A program made the translations under genes and the position numbers. The notes under the pieces are model-generated. The model saw only the letters and a program-made list of their open reading frames with translations, had not been told where the DNA came from and did not search any database. Shown piece after piece: positions 18,249 to 31,539 of a DNA stretch of 64,000 nucleotides; position 1 is the first letter of the stretch, and every line of letters begins with the position of its first letter. The DNA is from an uncultured SAR86 cluster bacterium (GTDB lineage: Bacteria > Pseudomonadota > Gammaproteobacteria > Magnimaribacterales > AG-339-G14), in NCBI GenBank assembly GCA_902594855.1, contig CACJNS010000001.1:625335-689334 (forward strand), written 5' to 3'.

Positions 18249-19562
18249 TTAATTCATAAACTCATCTAGGTTATAAAGATCCTGCGGTGAAAGAGTGCCT
18301 GCAGAAAGTTTTAAACCAAAATCGGAGAGGATAAAGTCGTATTTCGCAGAAGCGTAATCTCTTTCAGCAGCAAAAACATTTCTTTGAGCATTCAAAAGGT
18401 CAATTATATTTCTTGTATTTGCCTCAAAACCGTACTCTGTCGCAATTAAAGCTGATTCAGCTGATTTGAAAGCTTGTTCTCGCGCTTGGACATTAGCTTT
18501 TGCAGTTAAGAGAGATGAGTGTTTTGATTTTATGTCCTGAATAACACTTCTTGTAGTGAATTTAGTCTGTTCTTTTGCCTTATCATAATTGGCATATGCT
18601 TCTCTTCTTTTTGAATGCGCGATACCACCTGCAACAAGCGGCCAGCTAAATTGTATTGAATAATTATTTGATTCTGTTTCTAAACCCAAGAGAGGATTTT
18701 CAATAAAGCCACCGAATCTTCCTTGATAAGAGGTACTACTATTGAGTGTTCCAACTAGATCAATATTTGGGATATGACCACCAATGCTCGCCTTTGCGTT
18801 GTTTTGAGCAGCCCTTTCAGACAGCTTAGCAGTTTTTAAAACATTACTATTTACGAGACCAATTCTTACCCATTCATCTTGATCATCAACTAATACTTTA
18901 CCGAATGGATAATCCAATAAATCAGATATCTCAGGGGCCTCGTTGACCAAGGCTATTAATATTTCTCTTGCAACTTCTAACTGACCTTCAGATGCAATCC
19001 TTGAAACTCTTGATAAATCATAGAAAGCCTGGGTTTCTTGAAAATCTGTAATCGGGGATATGTTTTCTTCAAACAATCTTTTCGCTCTATCTAATTGTTT
19101 TTTTAGAGCTCTTTCTTCTGATACCGCTGTCTCCAAGTTATTTTGAGCTTTTAACAAACCAAAATAAGCTTGCGCAACTCTAAAAATCATTTGCTGTTGA
19201 GACAAAAGAAATTGAGCAGCGGCACTTTCTGTCAAAGCCTTACCGCTGGCAAACTGAAACCACCTATCAACTCTAATAATCGGTTGACTCAATCTAAGGG
19301 AATAGCCAAATGAGTTGTATTCATCTGTTTTATTATTATCAATGAAGCTATTGTTCCAGGTAGTTGATGCACTGGTAGTAATTGAAGGTAGAAGGCCAGC
19401 TAATGTTTGTTCTTTAATTTCTTTGTTAGCTCTAAATGTTGCCTCTGCTATTTTTAATTGAGGATCTTCCTCCAAGGCAATTTCATATATTTCAGATAAC
19501 GTTTTACTAAAAGCTGGTGATGTTAAAAATAGTAAGAAAAAAGAAAAGATAAAAATTTTCAT
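18249..19562 (-). CDS. tolC: TolC-family outer-membrane efflux channel
   Basis: Signal peptide. Duplicated OEP-type coiled-coil repeats (LSEIYEIALEEDPQLK..., RNIIDLLNAQRNVFAAERDYASAKYDF). 437 aa. Confidence 0.85.
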   Translation of the reverse strand: MKIFIFSFFLLFLTSPAFSKTLSEIYEIALEEDPQLKIAEATFRANKEIKEQTLAGLLPSITTSASTTWNNSFIDNNKTDEYNSFGYSLRLSQPIIRVDRWFQFASGKALTESAAAQFLLSQQQMIFRVAQAYFGLLKAQNNLETAVSEERALKKQLDRAKRLFEENISPITDFQETQAFYDLSRVSRIASEGQLEVAREILIALVNEAPEISDLLDYPFGKVLVDDQDEWVRIGLVNSNVLKTAKLSERAAQNNAKASIGGHIPNIDLVGTLNSSTSYQGRFGGFIENPLLGLETESNNYSIQFSWPLVAGGIAHSKRREAYANYDKAKEQTKFTTRSVIQDIKSKHSSLLTAKANVQAREQAFKSAESALIATEYGFEANTRNIIDLLNAQRNVFAAERDYASAKYDFILSDFGLKLSAGTLSPQDLYNLDEFMN

Positions 19563-19639
19563 TTTAAGAATATCTTGATATTTTTTTAAAAGTTATCTTC
19601 ATAATAATTTTTTGAGAGGCATTATGCTATAAAATATAG

Positions 19640-21406
<1,767 letters not shown>

Positions 21407-21418
21407 AGACAAGAAATA

Positions 21419-23305
21419 GTGGCAAAGGAGTATACATCCGAATCAATTGAGGTGCTCTCTGGTCTTGAGCCCGTTAGAAAAAGACCAGGAATGTACACAG
21501 ATACGTCCAACCCAAATCACCTTATCGCAGAAGTTGTAGATAACAGCGTAGATGAGGCACTTGCTGGACATGCAAAACAAATATCAGTTCTTCTTTCAAA
21601 GGATGGATCTATTACAGTTGAAGATGACGGCAGGGGCATGCCAGTAGATATTCATCCAGAAGAGAAGGTTCCAGGCGTTGAGTTAATTTTTACCAGGTTG
21701 CACGCCGGAGCAAAATTTACCAATAAGGATTACACCTTTTCGGGAGGGCTTCATGGTGTTGGAGTTTCAGTTGTTAATGCATTGTCCAAAAAACTAAATG
21801 CTGAAATCAAAAGAGATGGAAAAAAACATGAAATTCAATTCAAAGGCGGTGAAATCTCTAAACCACTCAAAGTAATTGATTCTGTCGGACAAAGGAACAC
21901 CGGTACTAAGATCACCTTTTACCCTGATGAAGCATTTCTCGATACCACAAAAATATCAGTAAAAAATTTAAAGTATTCCCTTAAGGCAAAAGCTGTTCTT
22001 TGCTCAGGTTTGACCATAAATTTCATAGATAAGATTGCTAATGAAAAAGAGACGTGGTGTTTTGTCGATGGTTTGGGAGATTATTTAAAAAAATCCCTTG
22101 ATTCAGAATTATTACCTAGCGATCCAGTAGAAGGGGAATTCTCTGATGGGGAGCAAGGCCTTAGTTGGGCTGTTGCCTGGTCAAATAAAATTCTTACGGA
22201 AAGTTATGTCAATCTAATTCCGACCATCGAAGGAGGAACCCATGAATCAGGACTGAGGTCTGGAATTACTGAATCCATAAGAGAGTTTTGTGCGTTAAGA
22301 AATTTAATTCCGAAAGGAATCAAATTGACTCAGGAAGATGTCATGAAAGATTGCTCTTTTATTTTGTCCGCAAAGATAAAGGATCCTCAGTTTACTGGGC
22401 AAACCAAAGAAAAGTTATCTTCCAAAGATTTTCAAGCCACTGCTACTTCAATAATTAAAGATGCTTTTTCATTATGGTTAAATCAAGAAACAGAGGCAGC
22501 AGAAAAAATTGCTCTGCTAAGTATCGATAACGCCCAAGAAAGATCAAAGCAAGTAAAAAAAGTAGAAAGAAAAAAAATTACAAAAGGACCTACATTACCG
22601 GGAAAACTTACAGATTGTGTTTCCACAGATGATGATGAAACCGAGCTTTTCCTAGTTGAGGGAGAGTCAGCAGGAGGATCAGCCAAACAAGCTAGAGATA
22701 GGAACTTTCAGGCAGTAATGTCTTTAAAAGGAAAGATATTAAACACTTGGGAAGTTGATACAGGTTCCATAACTCAGTCACAGGAGGTGAAAGATATCTC
22801 TCTTGCTCTTGGTTTAGAGCCAGGATGTAGTGATTTAAATGGTCTTCGTTACGGGAAAGTTTGTATTCTTGCCGATGCTGATTCTGATGGTGCGCATATA
22901 GCAACATTATTGTGTGCTCTATTTTTGAGACACTTTAGACCTCTTGTAGAGGCTGGAAAAGTCTTTGTAGCGCAACCTCCTCTGTATCGTGTTGATCAAG
23001 GGAAAGAAGTTTTTTATGCCCTTGATGACGAAGAAAAAGATGATTTGGTAAAAGAGTTAGGCAAAAAAAATAAATCAAAGAAAATTGAAGTACAAAGATT
23101 CAAAGGTTTAGGAGAAATGAATCCAGGCCAGCTTAGAGAAACTACAATGATCAAAGACTCAAGAAAACTAGTAAAATTAACTCTAGATCAGCCTACAAAA
23201 TCAATATCTATGATGGATATGTTGCTCTCTAAAAAAAGAGCAGCAGATCGAAAAACCTGGTTAGAGGATAAAGGAAATCTAGCTACTTTAAGCAAAGGAG
23301 AATGA
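21419..23305 (+). CDS. parE: DNA topoisomerase IV subunit B
   Basis: GTG start. GHKL ATPase and Toprim motifs ([40 protein letters not shown]). The 628-aa size fits ParE rather than GyrB. Overlaps parC. Confidence 0.92.
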   Translation: MAKEYTSESIEVLSGLEPVRKRPGMYTDTSNPNHLIAEVVDNSVDEALAGHAKQISVLLSKDGSITVEDDGRGMPVDIHPEEKVPGVELIFTRLHAGAKFTNKDYTFSGGLHGVGVSVVNALSKKLNAEIKRDGKKHEIQFKGGEISKPLKVIDSVGQRNTGTKITFYPDEAFLDTTKISVKNLKYSLKAKAVLCSGLTINFIDKIANEKETWCFVDGLGDYLKKSLDSELLPSDPVEGEFSDGEQGLSWAVAWSNKILTESYVNLIPTIEGGTHESGLRSGITESIREFCALRNLIPKGIKLTQEDVMKDCSFILSAKIKDPQFTGQTKEKLSSKDFQATATSIIKDAFSLWLNQETEAAEKIALLSIDNAQERSKQVKKVERKKITKGPTLPGKLTDCVSTDDDETELFLVEGESAGGSAKQARDRNFQAVMSLKGKILNTWEVDTGSITQSQEVKDISLALGLEPGCSDLNGLRYGKVCILADADSDGAHIATLLCALFLRHFRPLVEAGKVFVAQPPLYRVDQGKEVFYALDDEEKDDLVKELGKKNKSKKIEVQRFKGLGEMNPGQLRETTMIKDSRKLVKLTLDQPTKSISMMDMLLSKKRAADRKTWLEDKGNLATLSKGE

Positions 23306-25530
23306 GCAAAGAAAGTGACCTGCCATTTTTCAATTACGCTGAAAAGGCGTACTTGGAATATTCGATGTACGTCATTCTTGATAGGGCATTACCTTTTATA
23401 GGGGATGGGTTAAAGCCTGTTCAAAGAAGGATTATTTATGCAATGTCTGAGTTAGGACTTAAATCCAGCTCTAAGTTTAAAAAAAGTGCCAGGACTGTAG
23501 GAGATGTAATAGGTAAATTTCATCCGCACGGTGACTCTGCAGCCTACGAAGCAATGGTTTTGTTAGCTCAAAACTTTTCTACCAGATATCCATTGTTAGA
23601 AGGACAAGGAAATTGGGGATCATTAGATGATCCAAAAAGTTTTGCTGCTATGAGGTATACGGAATGCAGACTGTCAGCTTATGCCCAATCACTTCTTGAT
23701 GAGGCTGCACAAGGAACAGTTGACTGGATACCAAACTTTGATGGAACTCTTATTGAACCAAAATTTCTTCCGGACAGACTTCCCAATGTTTTATTAAATG
23801 GTGCTTCAGGAATTGCAGTTGGGATGGCAACAGATATGCCGCCGCATAATCTAAAAGAGATTGTTAATGGTGTGATTTCTTTAATTGATAGTCCAAAACT
23901 TTCAAATAAAGAATTGATGAAAGATATTTCAGCGCCAGACTATCCTACTTCGGCTCAGATTATGAATTCCGAAGAAGAGGTTTTAGAAATATACGAAACT
24001 GGAAGAGGAGCCATTACTTTAAGATCAACGTTTGATGTAGAGGATGGAAATATCGTCATAAATTCTCTTCCATATCAAGTTTCTTCTATGAAAGCAATTG
24101 AACAAATTGCTGCACAGATTGATTCTAAAAAGCTTTCAATGATCGAAGATATAAGAGATGAGGGAGACGAACATAATCCAGTACGAATCGTAATTGTTCC
24201 AAGATCAAATCGTGTTGATAAAGATGCGTTAATGTCTCATTTATTCGCAACAACTGAGCTACAAAAAAATACACGTGTAAACATGAATGCTATCGGCCTT
24301 GATGGTAAGCCCAAAGTATTTGACCTCAAAGGAATTCTCAAGGAATGGATTAAGTTCAGGACAGAGACTGTAAAGAGGCGAATACAACATAGGCTTGACT
24401 GGGTTGATGACAGACTGCACATCTTAAAAGGTCTTCTCATAGCGTATTTAAACCTTGATGAAATAATAAATATCATCAGAAACGAAGACGATCCAAAAAA
24501 GATTTTAATGAAAAAATTTAAGCTTTCAGATCTGCAAGCTAATGCAATTCTGGATATACGTCTCAGACAACTAGCAAAACTTGAAGAGATATCTATAAAA
24601 ACTGAACAAGAGGATCTAGCCTCGGAAAAAAAAGAGTTGGAGGCATATCTAAAATCTTCATCTAGGCTGAAAACTCTCATCAAAAAAGAACTTAAAGCTG
24701 ACTCAGAGGAATTTGGCGATGAACGAAAAAGTTTTTATGGAGAAGGAGTCTCTGCAAAAGCATTTGATGAGTTAGATCTTATTTCTAATGATCCTATGAC
24801 GGTTGTACTATCAGAAAAAGGATGGATCAGAGCAGCTAAGGGGCACGACATTGATCCTGAAAGCCTGCAATATAGAGAAGGAGATAGTTTTCTTTCAGCA
24901 AGTAAAGGCAGAAACAGTGAATCTGTCGTGATCATTGATAACTCAGGAAAATCCTATTCTTTACCTATTCATAAATTACCATCCGCCAGAGGACAAGGAG
25001 AACCGGTTTCAGGAAAAATTAATGCACCTTCAGGCTCAAGTTTTAAAGGCGTTATTGCCGGTCCAGCTGATCAGAAGCTTCTTTTAATGTCTGATCTTGG
25101 ATATGGCTTCTTAACTAAAATTGAAGATATATTTACAAAAAATAGATCTGGTAAATCAGCTTTAAATGTTAAAGATGCAAACCCCATCAAACCTATAGAG
25201 GTAAGTGAAACTGATCAGAAAATAGCTCTTGTTACGGCGGTAGGAAAATTATTAGTAATTGATATAGGAGATATTCCTGTTTTAGCTAGAGGAAAAGGGA
25301 ATAAATTAATTGGGATTGATAAAAAACTTTATGCGTCAGAAGAGGATAAAGTTATTTTTGCCAATGCTCTTGGTGAAAATGACTCCTTAAAAATATTTAG
25401 TGGCAAGCAACACTTTGAAATAAAATCAAAAGATTTAAATAACTTCATTGGTGCAAGAGGGAGGAAGGGAAATTTTCTTCCAAAAGGCTTCAGAAAAATC
25501 AACAGGACCGAAACTATTCCAAAGGACTAG
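23302..25530 (+). CDS. parC: DNA topoisomerase IV subunit A
   Basis: [23 protein letters not shown], catalytic-Tyr context [11 protein letters not shown]. The 742-aa size fits ParC rather than GyrA. Confidence 0.92.
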   Translation: MSKESDLPFFNYAEKAYLEYSMYVILDRALPFIGDGLKPVQRRIIYAMSELGLKSSSKFKKSARTVGDVIGKFHPHGDSAAYEAMVLLAQNFSTRYPLLEGQGNWGSLDDPKSFAAMRYTECRLSAYAQSLLDEAAQGTVDWIPNFDGTLIEPKFLPDRLPNVLLNGASGIAVGMATDMPPHNLKEIVNGVISLIDSPKLSNKELMKDISAPDYPTSAQIMNSEEEVLEIYETGRGAITLRSTFDVEDGNIVINSLPYQVSSMKAIEQIAAQIDSKKLSMIEDIRDEGDEHNPVRIVIVPRSNRVDKDALMSHLFATTELQKNTRVNMNAIGLDGKPKVFDLKGILKEWIKFRTETVKRRIQHRLDWVDDRLHILKGLLIAYLNLDEIINIIRNEDDPKKILMKKFKLSDLQANAILDIRLRQLAKLEEISIKTEQEDLASEKKELEAYLKSSSRLKTLIKKELKADSEEFGDERKSFYGEGVSAKAFDELDLISNDPMTVVLSEKGWIRAAKGHDIDPESLQYREGDSFLSASKGRNSESVVIIDNSGKSYSLPIHKLPSARGQGEPVSGKINAPSGSSFKGVIAGPADQKLLLMSDLGYGFLTKIEDIFTKNRSGKSALNVKDANPIKPIEVSETDQKIALVTAVGKLLVIDIGDIPVLARGKGNKLIGIDKKLYASEEDKVIFANALGENDSLKIFSGKQHFEIKSKDLNNFIGARGRKGNFLPKGFRKINRTETIPKD

Positions 25531-26717
25531 CAAAAAGATTTTGTAACTTTTTCTAGTTTTGAAAATCCTTCTTCTATCTCCTGGTCGCTGATAATCAGAG
25601 AAGGTGCGAATCTTAAAGTGCTCTCACCATTTGCTGACACCAAAAGAAGACCTTCTTCATAACTTCTAGATAAGAATTCTTTTGAAGTTGCTTGCTTCAT
25701 ATCAGCAGCAATCCACAAACCAGCAGACCTAATATCAGTAAAAAAATCATACTTTTTTGATAAGTTTTGCAAATGATCAATAAATTTAATTGTTTTTTCC
25801 ATTACCCCAGATAATAATTTTTTGTCATCTACAATATCTATTAATTTTGAGGCAACTGCACAAGAGACTGGATTACCTCCAAATGTGCTTCCGTGAGTTC
25901 CAGGTTGCATACATTTAGCTATATCAGTTGTGGTAATTGTTGCAGCAATAGGCAAACCACCTCCAAGCCCTTTTGCTAATGTAAGGATGTCTGGTATCAC
26001 TCCATAACCTTGATAAGCAAATAAAGTTCCTGTTCTACCAATTCCACTTTGAACTTCGTCAAAAATAAGAAGAATATTATATTCATTACAGATATTTCTG
26101 AGCGCCTCAATGAAGTCATTTTGTGCACTTATTACTCCTGCTTCACCTTGGATTAATTCAACTATAATTGCTGCAGTTTTGTTAGATATTTTCATCTTTA
26201 CATCTTCAATATTATTGAATCCAGCTTTTATAAATCCTTTTGGTAACGGACCAAAGCCAGTTTGATGGAATTCTGAATCTCCTAAAGTTATATTTGCGAG
26301 AGATCTTCCATGAAATGAATTCGTGAACGATAAGATCTCATATTTTTCTTCATCACCTTTTTCAAAGAAATATTTTCTGGCTAATTTGATTGCAGCTTCA
26401 TTTGCTTCATTGCCTGAGTTACTAAAAAGAACTTTATCGGCAAAACTTTTTGAAGCTATTTTTTGGCCTAATTCTTTTGCAGGTTTGCTTAGAAGATAAT
26501 TACTTACATGCCAAAGTTTTTTGGATTGTTCTTCCATAGATTTCATGAGAACAGGATGACAGTGGCCCAAAGAGGTAACTGCGATACCACCACCAAAATC
26601 AATATATTCTTTTCCATTTTCATCCCAAAGTCTTGAACCCGAAGCTTTTTCTGGAACCAAGTCTGGAAAGGAATAATTCGGCATCATTGCCGATCTATCA
26701 TTAGAACTAATATCCAT
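25527..26717 (-). CDS. argD: acetylornithine/succinylornithine-type class-III aminotransferase
   Basis: [25 protein letters not shown] (PLP lysine), [17 protein letters not shown]. Confidence 0.85.
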   Translation of the reverse strand: MDISSNDRSAMMPNYSFPDLVPEKASGSRLWDENGKEYIDFGGGIAVTSLGHCHPVLMKSMEEQSKKLWHVSNYLLSKPAKELGQKIASKSFADKVLFSNSGNEANEAAIKLARKYFFEKGDEEKYEILSFTNSFHGRSLANITLGDSEFHQTGFGPLPKGFIKAGFNNIEDVKMKISNKTAAIIVELIQGEAGVISAQNDFIEALRNICNEYNILLIFDEVQSGIGRTGTLFAYQGYGVIPDILTLAKGLGGGLPIAATITTTDIAKCMQPGTHGSTFGGNPVSCAVASKLIDIVDDKKLLSGVMEKTIKFIDHLQNLSKKYDFFTDIRSAGLWIAADMKQATSKEFLSRSYEEGLLLVSANGESTLRFAPSLIISDQEIEEGFSKLEKVTKSFC

Positions 26718-26786
26718 TTATAAATTTAATTTTATTAAAATTGGCATAATTGTAAGCTTTAATAAGTATTATTCAATTTAACTCTT

Positions 26787-27287
26787 ATGATTGTTTCTGA
26801 AAAGATTGATGCTAATAACAGTTTTCAAATAACGCTTTCCCCAAATAATTCTTTGTCTTGGGGAGGTAATTTATTATTTTTGTTTTTTGTTTCGTTTCCA
26901 ATTTTAGTCATAGCTATAACTTTTGCTATTGCAGGCGCGCCGATTATCTTACCGTTCGCTGGGCTAGAAATTCTAGTTGTTTCAATAGCAATTTGGTACA
27001 TATCTAAAAGAAATAATAGACAAGAAGTCATAAAACTTTCTTTTGATAAATTGATAATTGAGAAAGGCATTAAAAAACCAGAAATATTTAAAGAGTTGAT
27101 AAGACAGTGGTCTTATGTATTTATCGAAAGACCTTCACATCGTTGGTATCCTTTGCAAATTGTTATCTCCTCAAAAGGAGAAAAGATTCCAATTGGCGAA
27201 TTTTTGACAGAGGAAGAAAAGGAAGAATTAATCGAAATGCTTCAGTCGCATATTGAAGATCTTCGAGTTCACGAATTTAATAATTAA
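26787..27287 (+). CDS. DUF2244-like small integral membrane protein
   Basis: Two adjacent transmembrane helices followed by a soluble tail. Overall resemblance to DUF2244 proteins, from memory only. Confidence 0.5.
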   Translation: MIVSEKIDANNSFQITLSPNNSLSWGGNLLFLFFVSFPILVIAITFAIAGAPIILPFAGLEILVVSIAIWYISKRNNRQEVIKLSFDKLIIEKGIKKPEIFKELIRQWSYVFIERPSHRWYPLQIVISSKGEKIPIGEFLTEEEKEELIEMLQSHIEDLRVHEFNN

Positions 27288-28447
27288 TTCCTTTGATTGA
27301 ATCTTCTTCCGATCATTGCTGATGCAATGTTTATTTTTTGGATATCGATTGTTCCTCCAGCGATTCCCCAGCCAAAAGCATCTCGTACTCTTCTTTCCAT
27401 ACCATATTCTTTGTTATAACCGTATCCACCCATTAATTGCATAGCTGTTGTTGTTACTTCTCTAGACATTTCATTTGAAAAACATTTTGCAGTGCTTGAT
27501 TCAAGAATATCAGGTAGACCATTTTGAGCGTTAAAAGCTGCTTTATGGATAAGAAGTCTTGCAGCTTCGACTTTCATTAACATATCAGCAAGCTTAATTT
27601 GCACTGCTTGAAAATCAACTAAAGGTTTCCCAAATTGTTCTCTTTCCTGGACATAATTTGTTACGTATTCTAAAGCTGCAGATGCCTGAGCGAGAGCCAT
27701 TGTGGCATTTCCACATCTCTCTAGATCAAAAGTTTCCATGAGCTTTTTAAATCCATCCTCAGGTTCAACTAATAGATTTTCAATGGGAACTTCAACATTA
27801 TCGAAATATATATCTGCAGAAGGAATGCCTCTGAAGCCCATCAACGATTCGCTGTTACCAAAGGTAAGTCCATCTCTCTCAAGTTCTACATACACTGCAC
27901 CAATTCCTTTTGCTGCAGGAGCATCAGACATTCTGGCGTAAACAACATATCCATCTGAGTGACCCGCACCAGAACACCATCTTTTGGTTCCATTAATTAC
28001 AATTTTATCGCCCTTAATCTCTGCTTTGGTCTTTAAATCTGACAATGCTGTTCCGGCCCCTGGTTCTGACATACTTACAGCAACAACCTTTTCACCCTTA
28101 CAAACTGCAGGAAGAATTTTTTCTTTTAGTTCAGGAGTTCCGAAGTGTTGAATTGATTTTATTGGACCTGCATTAGCTTCAAAAACAGGCCATCCTATTG
28201 CAGACGAAATCTTTCCAAATTCCTCTAAAATTATTAGAGCTTCAAGATTACCAAGTCCTTGACCGCCGTATTCTTCAGGTGTGTTGATGCCAAGAAATCC
28301 CATTTCACCAATTCTGGCTAATACTTCTTTTGGCACAGGGCTGCCTGATTCCTCTAATTCTACTGCAAGGTCAGTTAATTCATTCTGAGCAAAATTTCTC
28401 GCAGCTTCTTTTAACTCAATTTGTTCTTCAGTTAAATTAAAATCCAT
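27284..28447 (-). CDS. acyl-CoA dehydrogenase
   Basis: MDFNLTEEQ start, SEPGAGTALSDL, QLMGGYGY and GGTIDIQKINIA motifs typical of ACADs. 387 aa. Confidence 0.9.
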   Translation of the reverse strand: MDFNLTEEQIELKEAARNFAQNELTDLAVELEESGSPVPKEVLARIGEMGFLGINTPEEYGGQGLGNLEALIILEEFGKISSAIGWPVFEANAGPIKSIQHFGTPELKEKILPAVCKGEKVVAVSMSEPGAGTALSDLKTKAEIKGDKIVINGTKRWCSGAGHSDGYVVYARMSDAPAAKGIGAVYVELERDGLTFGNSESLMGFRGIPSADIYFDNVEVPIENLLVEPEDGFKKLMETFDLERCGNATMALAQASAALEYVTNYVQEREQFGKPLVDFQAVQIKLADMLMKVEAARLLIHKAAFNAQNGLPDILESSTAKCFSNEMSREVTTTAMQLMGGYGYNKEYGMERRVRDAFGWGIAGGTIDIQKINIASAMIGRRFNQRN

Positions 28448-28485
28448 TTAAATTTCCTCTAATTTTTAAGGTTAAAATAGTTTAT

Positions 28486-28905
28486 ATGAGTTCAAATAAA
28501 AATTCCTATCCTATTCCCGATGGATATAAAGAAATTGAGTTTCAAACAGAACATCACATTGACCACATAGGTAAGGGTTTTCATAAAAAAGATGCTGAAG
28601 GAAATTTAGTAATGGCTTTCTACGTGAAGCCAGAAAATGGCAACTCTGGCGGGGTAGCTCACGGTGGAATGTTGATGAGTATTGCAGATTATTCTTTATG
28701 CTCAGCTGCTATGGAGTCAAGGGAGAAATATGTAGCAACAATAAGCTTTAGATCAGAATTCATATCAGGAGCAAAAATAGGATCTTTGTTGGAAGTTCAT
28801 ACAAAAATTTCGAAACATACCAAATCTTTAGTTTTCGGCGGCGGAATAATAATGTCAGAAGAAAAAAAAATTATGCATTTCTCAGGCGTAGTAAAAAAAA
28901 TGTAA
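28486..28905 (+). CDS. PaaI/hotdog-fold thioesterase
   Basis: GGVAHGGMLMSIADYSL motif. 139 aa. Confidence 0.8.
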   Translation: MSSNKNSYPIPDGYKEIEFQTEHHIDHIGKGFHKKDAEGNLVMAFYVKPENGNSGGVAHGGMLMSIADYSLCSAAMESREKYVATISFRSEFISGAKIGSLLEVHTKISKHTKSLVFGGGIIMSEEKKIMHFSGVVKKM

Positions 28906-28914
28906 ATAAAAAAA

Positions 28915-30156
28915 TTAAGTTAATTTTTTGACAAGGACATTTTTTAATTTAGCGACAACCGGAATTCCATTTTTAAATTCTAAAGGTGGTTCTCCTTGTA
29001 TTAGCGGAGTGAGGTAATCTATACCTTTGTTCGATATCGTGAAACCATCTTTCGAGATATAGCCTTTAGGGAGTGTTTTCTCTACATTAGCTACTTTGCT
29101 TAGTGAGGCTGATTCTATTTTCCACTTATAGGGTTTATTGCTTAATCTCTTGATGACAGGCATAACTGCATTTTTTCCAGCTAAAGCAAATTCAACTGCC
29201 TTTTTACCTACTGCATAAGCTTGATCAAGATCTGTTTTCGATGAAATATGTCGCGCAGATCTTTGTAAGTAATCTGACACTGCCCAATGATTTTTAAGGC
29301 CGATCGAAGAAATCATTTGTGCTAGCACAGGAGCAACTCCTCCCAACTGTTTATGACCAAATGCATCTGTAAGGCCTGAATCAGCCAAAAACATTCCGTT
29401 CTTGTATCTAGTCCCTTCAGAAGCTACCACAACACAGAAGCCCTCGTCAGCAACAGTTTGTTTTACTTTATCGATAAATTTCTTCTTCACAAAAGGAACT
29501 TCTGGCATAAGAATAATATGAGGTGGATCGGTTTCATTTGTTGAGGCTAAGGCTGACGCTGCAGCAATCCAACCCGCATGCCTTCCCATAACCTCTAGAA
29601 TAAATACCTTTGTTGAGGTTTCTGACATGCTTTTAACATCTAAGCCTGCTTCAAGCGTTGATGTGGCAACGTATTTTGCTACAGAACCAAAACCTGGAGA
29701 ACAATCAGTTATCGGCAGGTCGTTATCGACAGTTTTAGGAATGCCAATGCAAGTTAAAGGCAGTTTAAGTTCCTTGGCCATCTTTGAAATCTTAAAAGTT
29801 GTATCCTGACTATCTCCGCCACCGTTATAAAAAAAGTACTCAATATTATGGGCTTTAAAAACCTCAAATAATCTGAGGTATTCTTTTTTTTGTTTTATTG
29901 GATCCTGAAGTTTGAAGCGACAAGAACCGAAAGCTCCCCCTGGAGTTTGCCTGAGTTTGGCAATCTCAGACTTCTTTTCTTTAGATGTATCAAATAATTC
30001 TTCGTTCAAAGCTCCTAGGATCCCATTTTTCCCGCAAAGAACTTTATTTATTTTGGAGGATTTATTTGCTGTTTCAATTACGCCGCAAGCCGAGGCATTA
30101 ATAACTGACGTTACTCCACCTGATTGAGCGTAGAAGGCATTTGCGGGCTTATTCAT
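28915..30156 (-). CDS. 6-phosphofructokinase of the ~415-aa clade, probably pyrophosphate-dependent
   Basis: YAQSGGVTSVINAS, NGGGDSQDT, PKTVDNDL, MGRHAGWIA. There is a Lys in PKTVDND where ATP-dependent enzymes have Gly (PGTIDND). Confidence 0.85.
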   Translation of the reverse strand: MNKPANAFYAQSGGVTSVINASACGVIETANKSSKINKVLCGKNGILGALNEELFDTSKEKKSEIAKLRQTPGGAFGSCRFKLQDPIKQKKEYLRLFEVFKAHNIEYFFYNGGGDSQDTTFKISKMAKELKLPLTCIGIPKTVDNDLPITDCSPGFGSVAKYVATSTLEAGLDVKSMSETSTKVFILEVMGRHAGWIAAASALASTNETDPPHIILMPEVPFVKKKFIDKVKQTVADEGFCVVVASEGTRYKNGMFLADSGLTDAFGHKQLGGVAPVLAQMISSIGLKNHWAVSDYLQRSARHISSKTDLDQAYAVGKKAVEFALAGKNAVMPVIKRLSNKPYKWKIESASLSKVANVEKTLPKGYISKDGFTISNKGIDYLTPLIQGEPPLEFKNGIPVVAKLKNVLVKKLT

Positions 30157-30207
30157 AGAAATATGTTACTGAAAAACTATTGATTTGGGAAAGGGTATAA
30201 TTTCTCA

Positions 30208-31539
30208 ATGAAGATTTATATCCTCGGTATAGGTGGCACTTTCATGTCTGGCATAGCTCAATTAGCTAAAGAAAAAGGTTATGAAGTCCATGGATGCGAC
30301 CAAAAACTTTATCATCCCATGGATAAAGTTTTGCAAAGAGCGTCAATAAAAGTAGACGAGGGATACGATGAAAAGAATCTTCCTTCAAATATTGATATTT
30401 TTGTCATCGGTAACGTCATCTCCAGAGGTAATCCTTTAATGGAGCACATATTAACCAAAGGCTATAGATATTGTTCAGGGCCTGATTTCCTTTATGAACA
30501 CATTTTAAGGAATAAACATGTGATTGCGGTAAGTGGCACGCATGGCAAAACATCAGTTTCTGCAATGACCTCAAAAATATTTTTAGATCAACAGCCAGAG
30601 ACTGGATACTTGATTGCTGGTGAAACGAAAGATTTTCCAAGTTCTTCAAGATTGGGCTCTGGTGATTTTTTTGTTCTCGAAGCAGATGAATATGATTCAG
30701 CATTTTTTGATAAAAGATCCAAATTTATTCATTACAGACCAAAAACCTTACTCATTAATAACCTGGAATTCGATCATGCTGATATTTTTAATGACCTCTC
30801 TGATATTCAAGAACAATATTCACAATTATTGAGAACTTTGGCTTCAGATGCTTGTGTGATCTATCCCAATACTGATTTGAATATAGAGGCACTTTTTGAG
30901 AAGGATTTTTTTAGCAAAACCAGAACCTTTTCTTTTGGACAGGATGACATAAAGATTTCTCAATTAAATAATTATGGTTCAAAATTTGAGGTCTTTAGAT
31001 CAGATGAGTCTTTTGGCGAGGTAAATTGGGATCTAATAGGAGAGCACAACTTAAGTAATGCTTTAGCATCTTTAACTATAGCCGACGAGCTGGGTCTTGA
31101 TATATCGAAAGCACTGAAATCTCTTTCATCTTTCAAAGGAGTTTCAAGAAGAATGGAGCTTTTATTTTCCAATGATGAAATTCATATATATGATGATTTC
31201 GCTCATCACCCAACGGCAATAAAAAAGACCATAGAAGGCTTGAGGAATAGAGTTGGCTCAGATCCCGTTCATTGTTTGTTAGAAATGAGATCGAACACAA
31301 TGTCAGGCGGTTTTCATGATCAAGAAATACCCAGCGCAGTGGAGAAAGCTGATTTTGTGCATATTTTTTCTAAGAATAAATCTCAAGCATTGAGCATAGC
31401 TAAAAAGGCTAAAAATATAGTTGCAGAAGAAAGCGTAGAAAGTTTTTTGAGCAAGTGGAAGAAAAAGCCCGGACACTACGTTTGTTTCTCAAACGGCTCC
31501 TTTGATGAGGTGCATCAAAAATTAATTAAATTAGTTTAG
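30208..31539 (+). CDS. mpl: UDP-N-acetylmuramate:L-alanyl-gamma-D-glutamyl-meso-diaminopimelate ligase (murein peptide recycling)
   Basis: MKIYILGIGGTFMSGIAQLAKEKGYEVHGCD N-terminus typical of Mpl. Mur ligase P-loop SGTHGKTS. Confidence 0.9.
   Translation: MKIYILGIGGTFMSGIAQLAKEKGYEVHGCDQKLYHPMDKVLQRASIKVDEGYDEKNLPSNIDIFVIGNVISRGNPLMEHILTKGYRYCSGPDFLYEHILRNKHVIAVSGTHGKTSVSAMTSKIFLDQQPETGYLIAGETKDFPSSSRLGSGDFFVLEADEYDSAFFDKRSKFIHYRPKTLLINNLEFDHADIFNDLSDIQEQYSQLLRTLASDACVIYPNTDLNIEALFEKDFFSKTRTFSFGQDDIKISQLNNYGSKFEVFRSDESFGEVNWDLIGEHNLSNALASLTIADELGLDISKALKSLSSFKGVSRRMELLFSNDEIHIYDDFAHHPTAIKKTIEGLRNRVGSDPVHCLLEMRSNTMSGGFHDQEIPSAVEKADFVHIFSKNKSQALSIAKKAKNIVAEESVESFLSKWKKKPGHYVCFSNGSFDEVHQKLIKLV

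Noticed and set aside
24237-24683. A 148-aa ORF antisense to parC, and similar antisense or out-of-frame ORFs in the track (for example 32738-33133, 33485-33841, 62218-62619, 45534-45857, 20570-20872, 3876-4133, 5968-6270, 30416-30703).
   Set aside because: All lie fully inside strongly supported genes. Their Ser/Phe/Leu/Ile-rich low-complexity composition is what the reverse frames of Lys/Glu/Asn-rich AT-biased coding sequence produce. I saw no recognisable motifs and no ribosome-binding sites.
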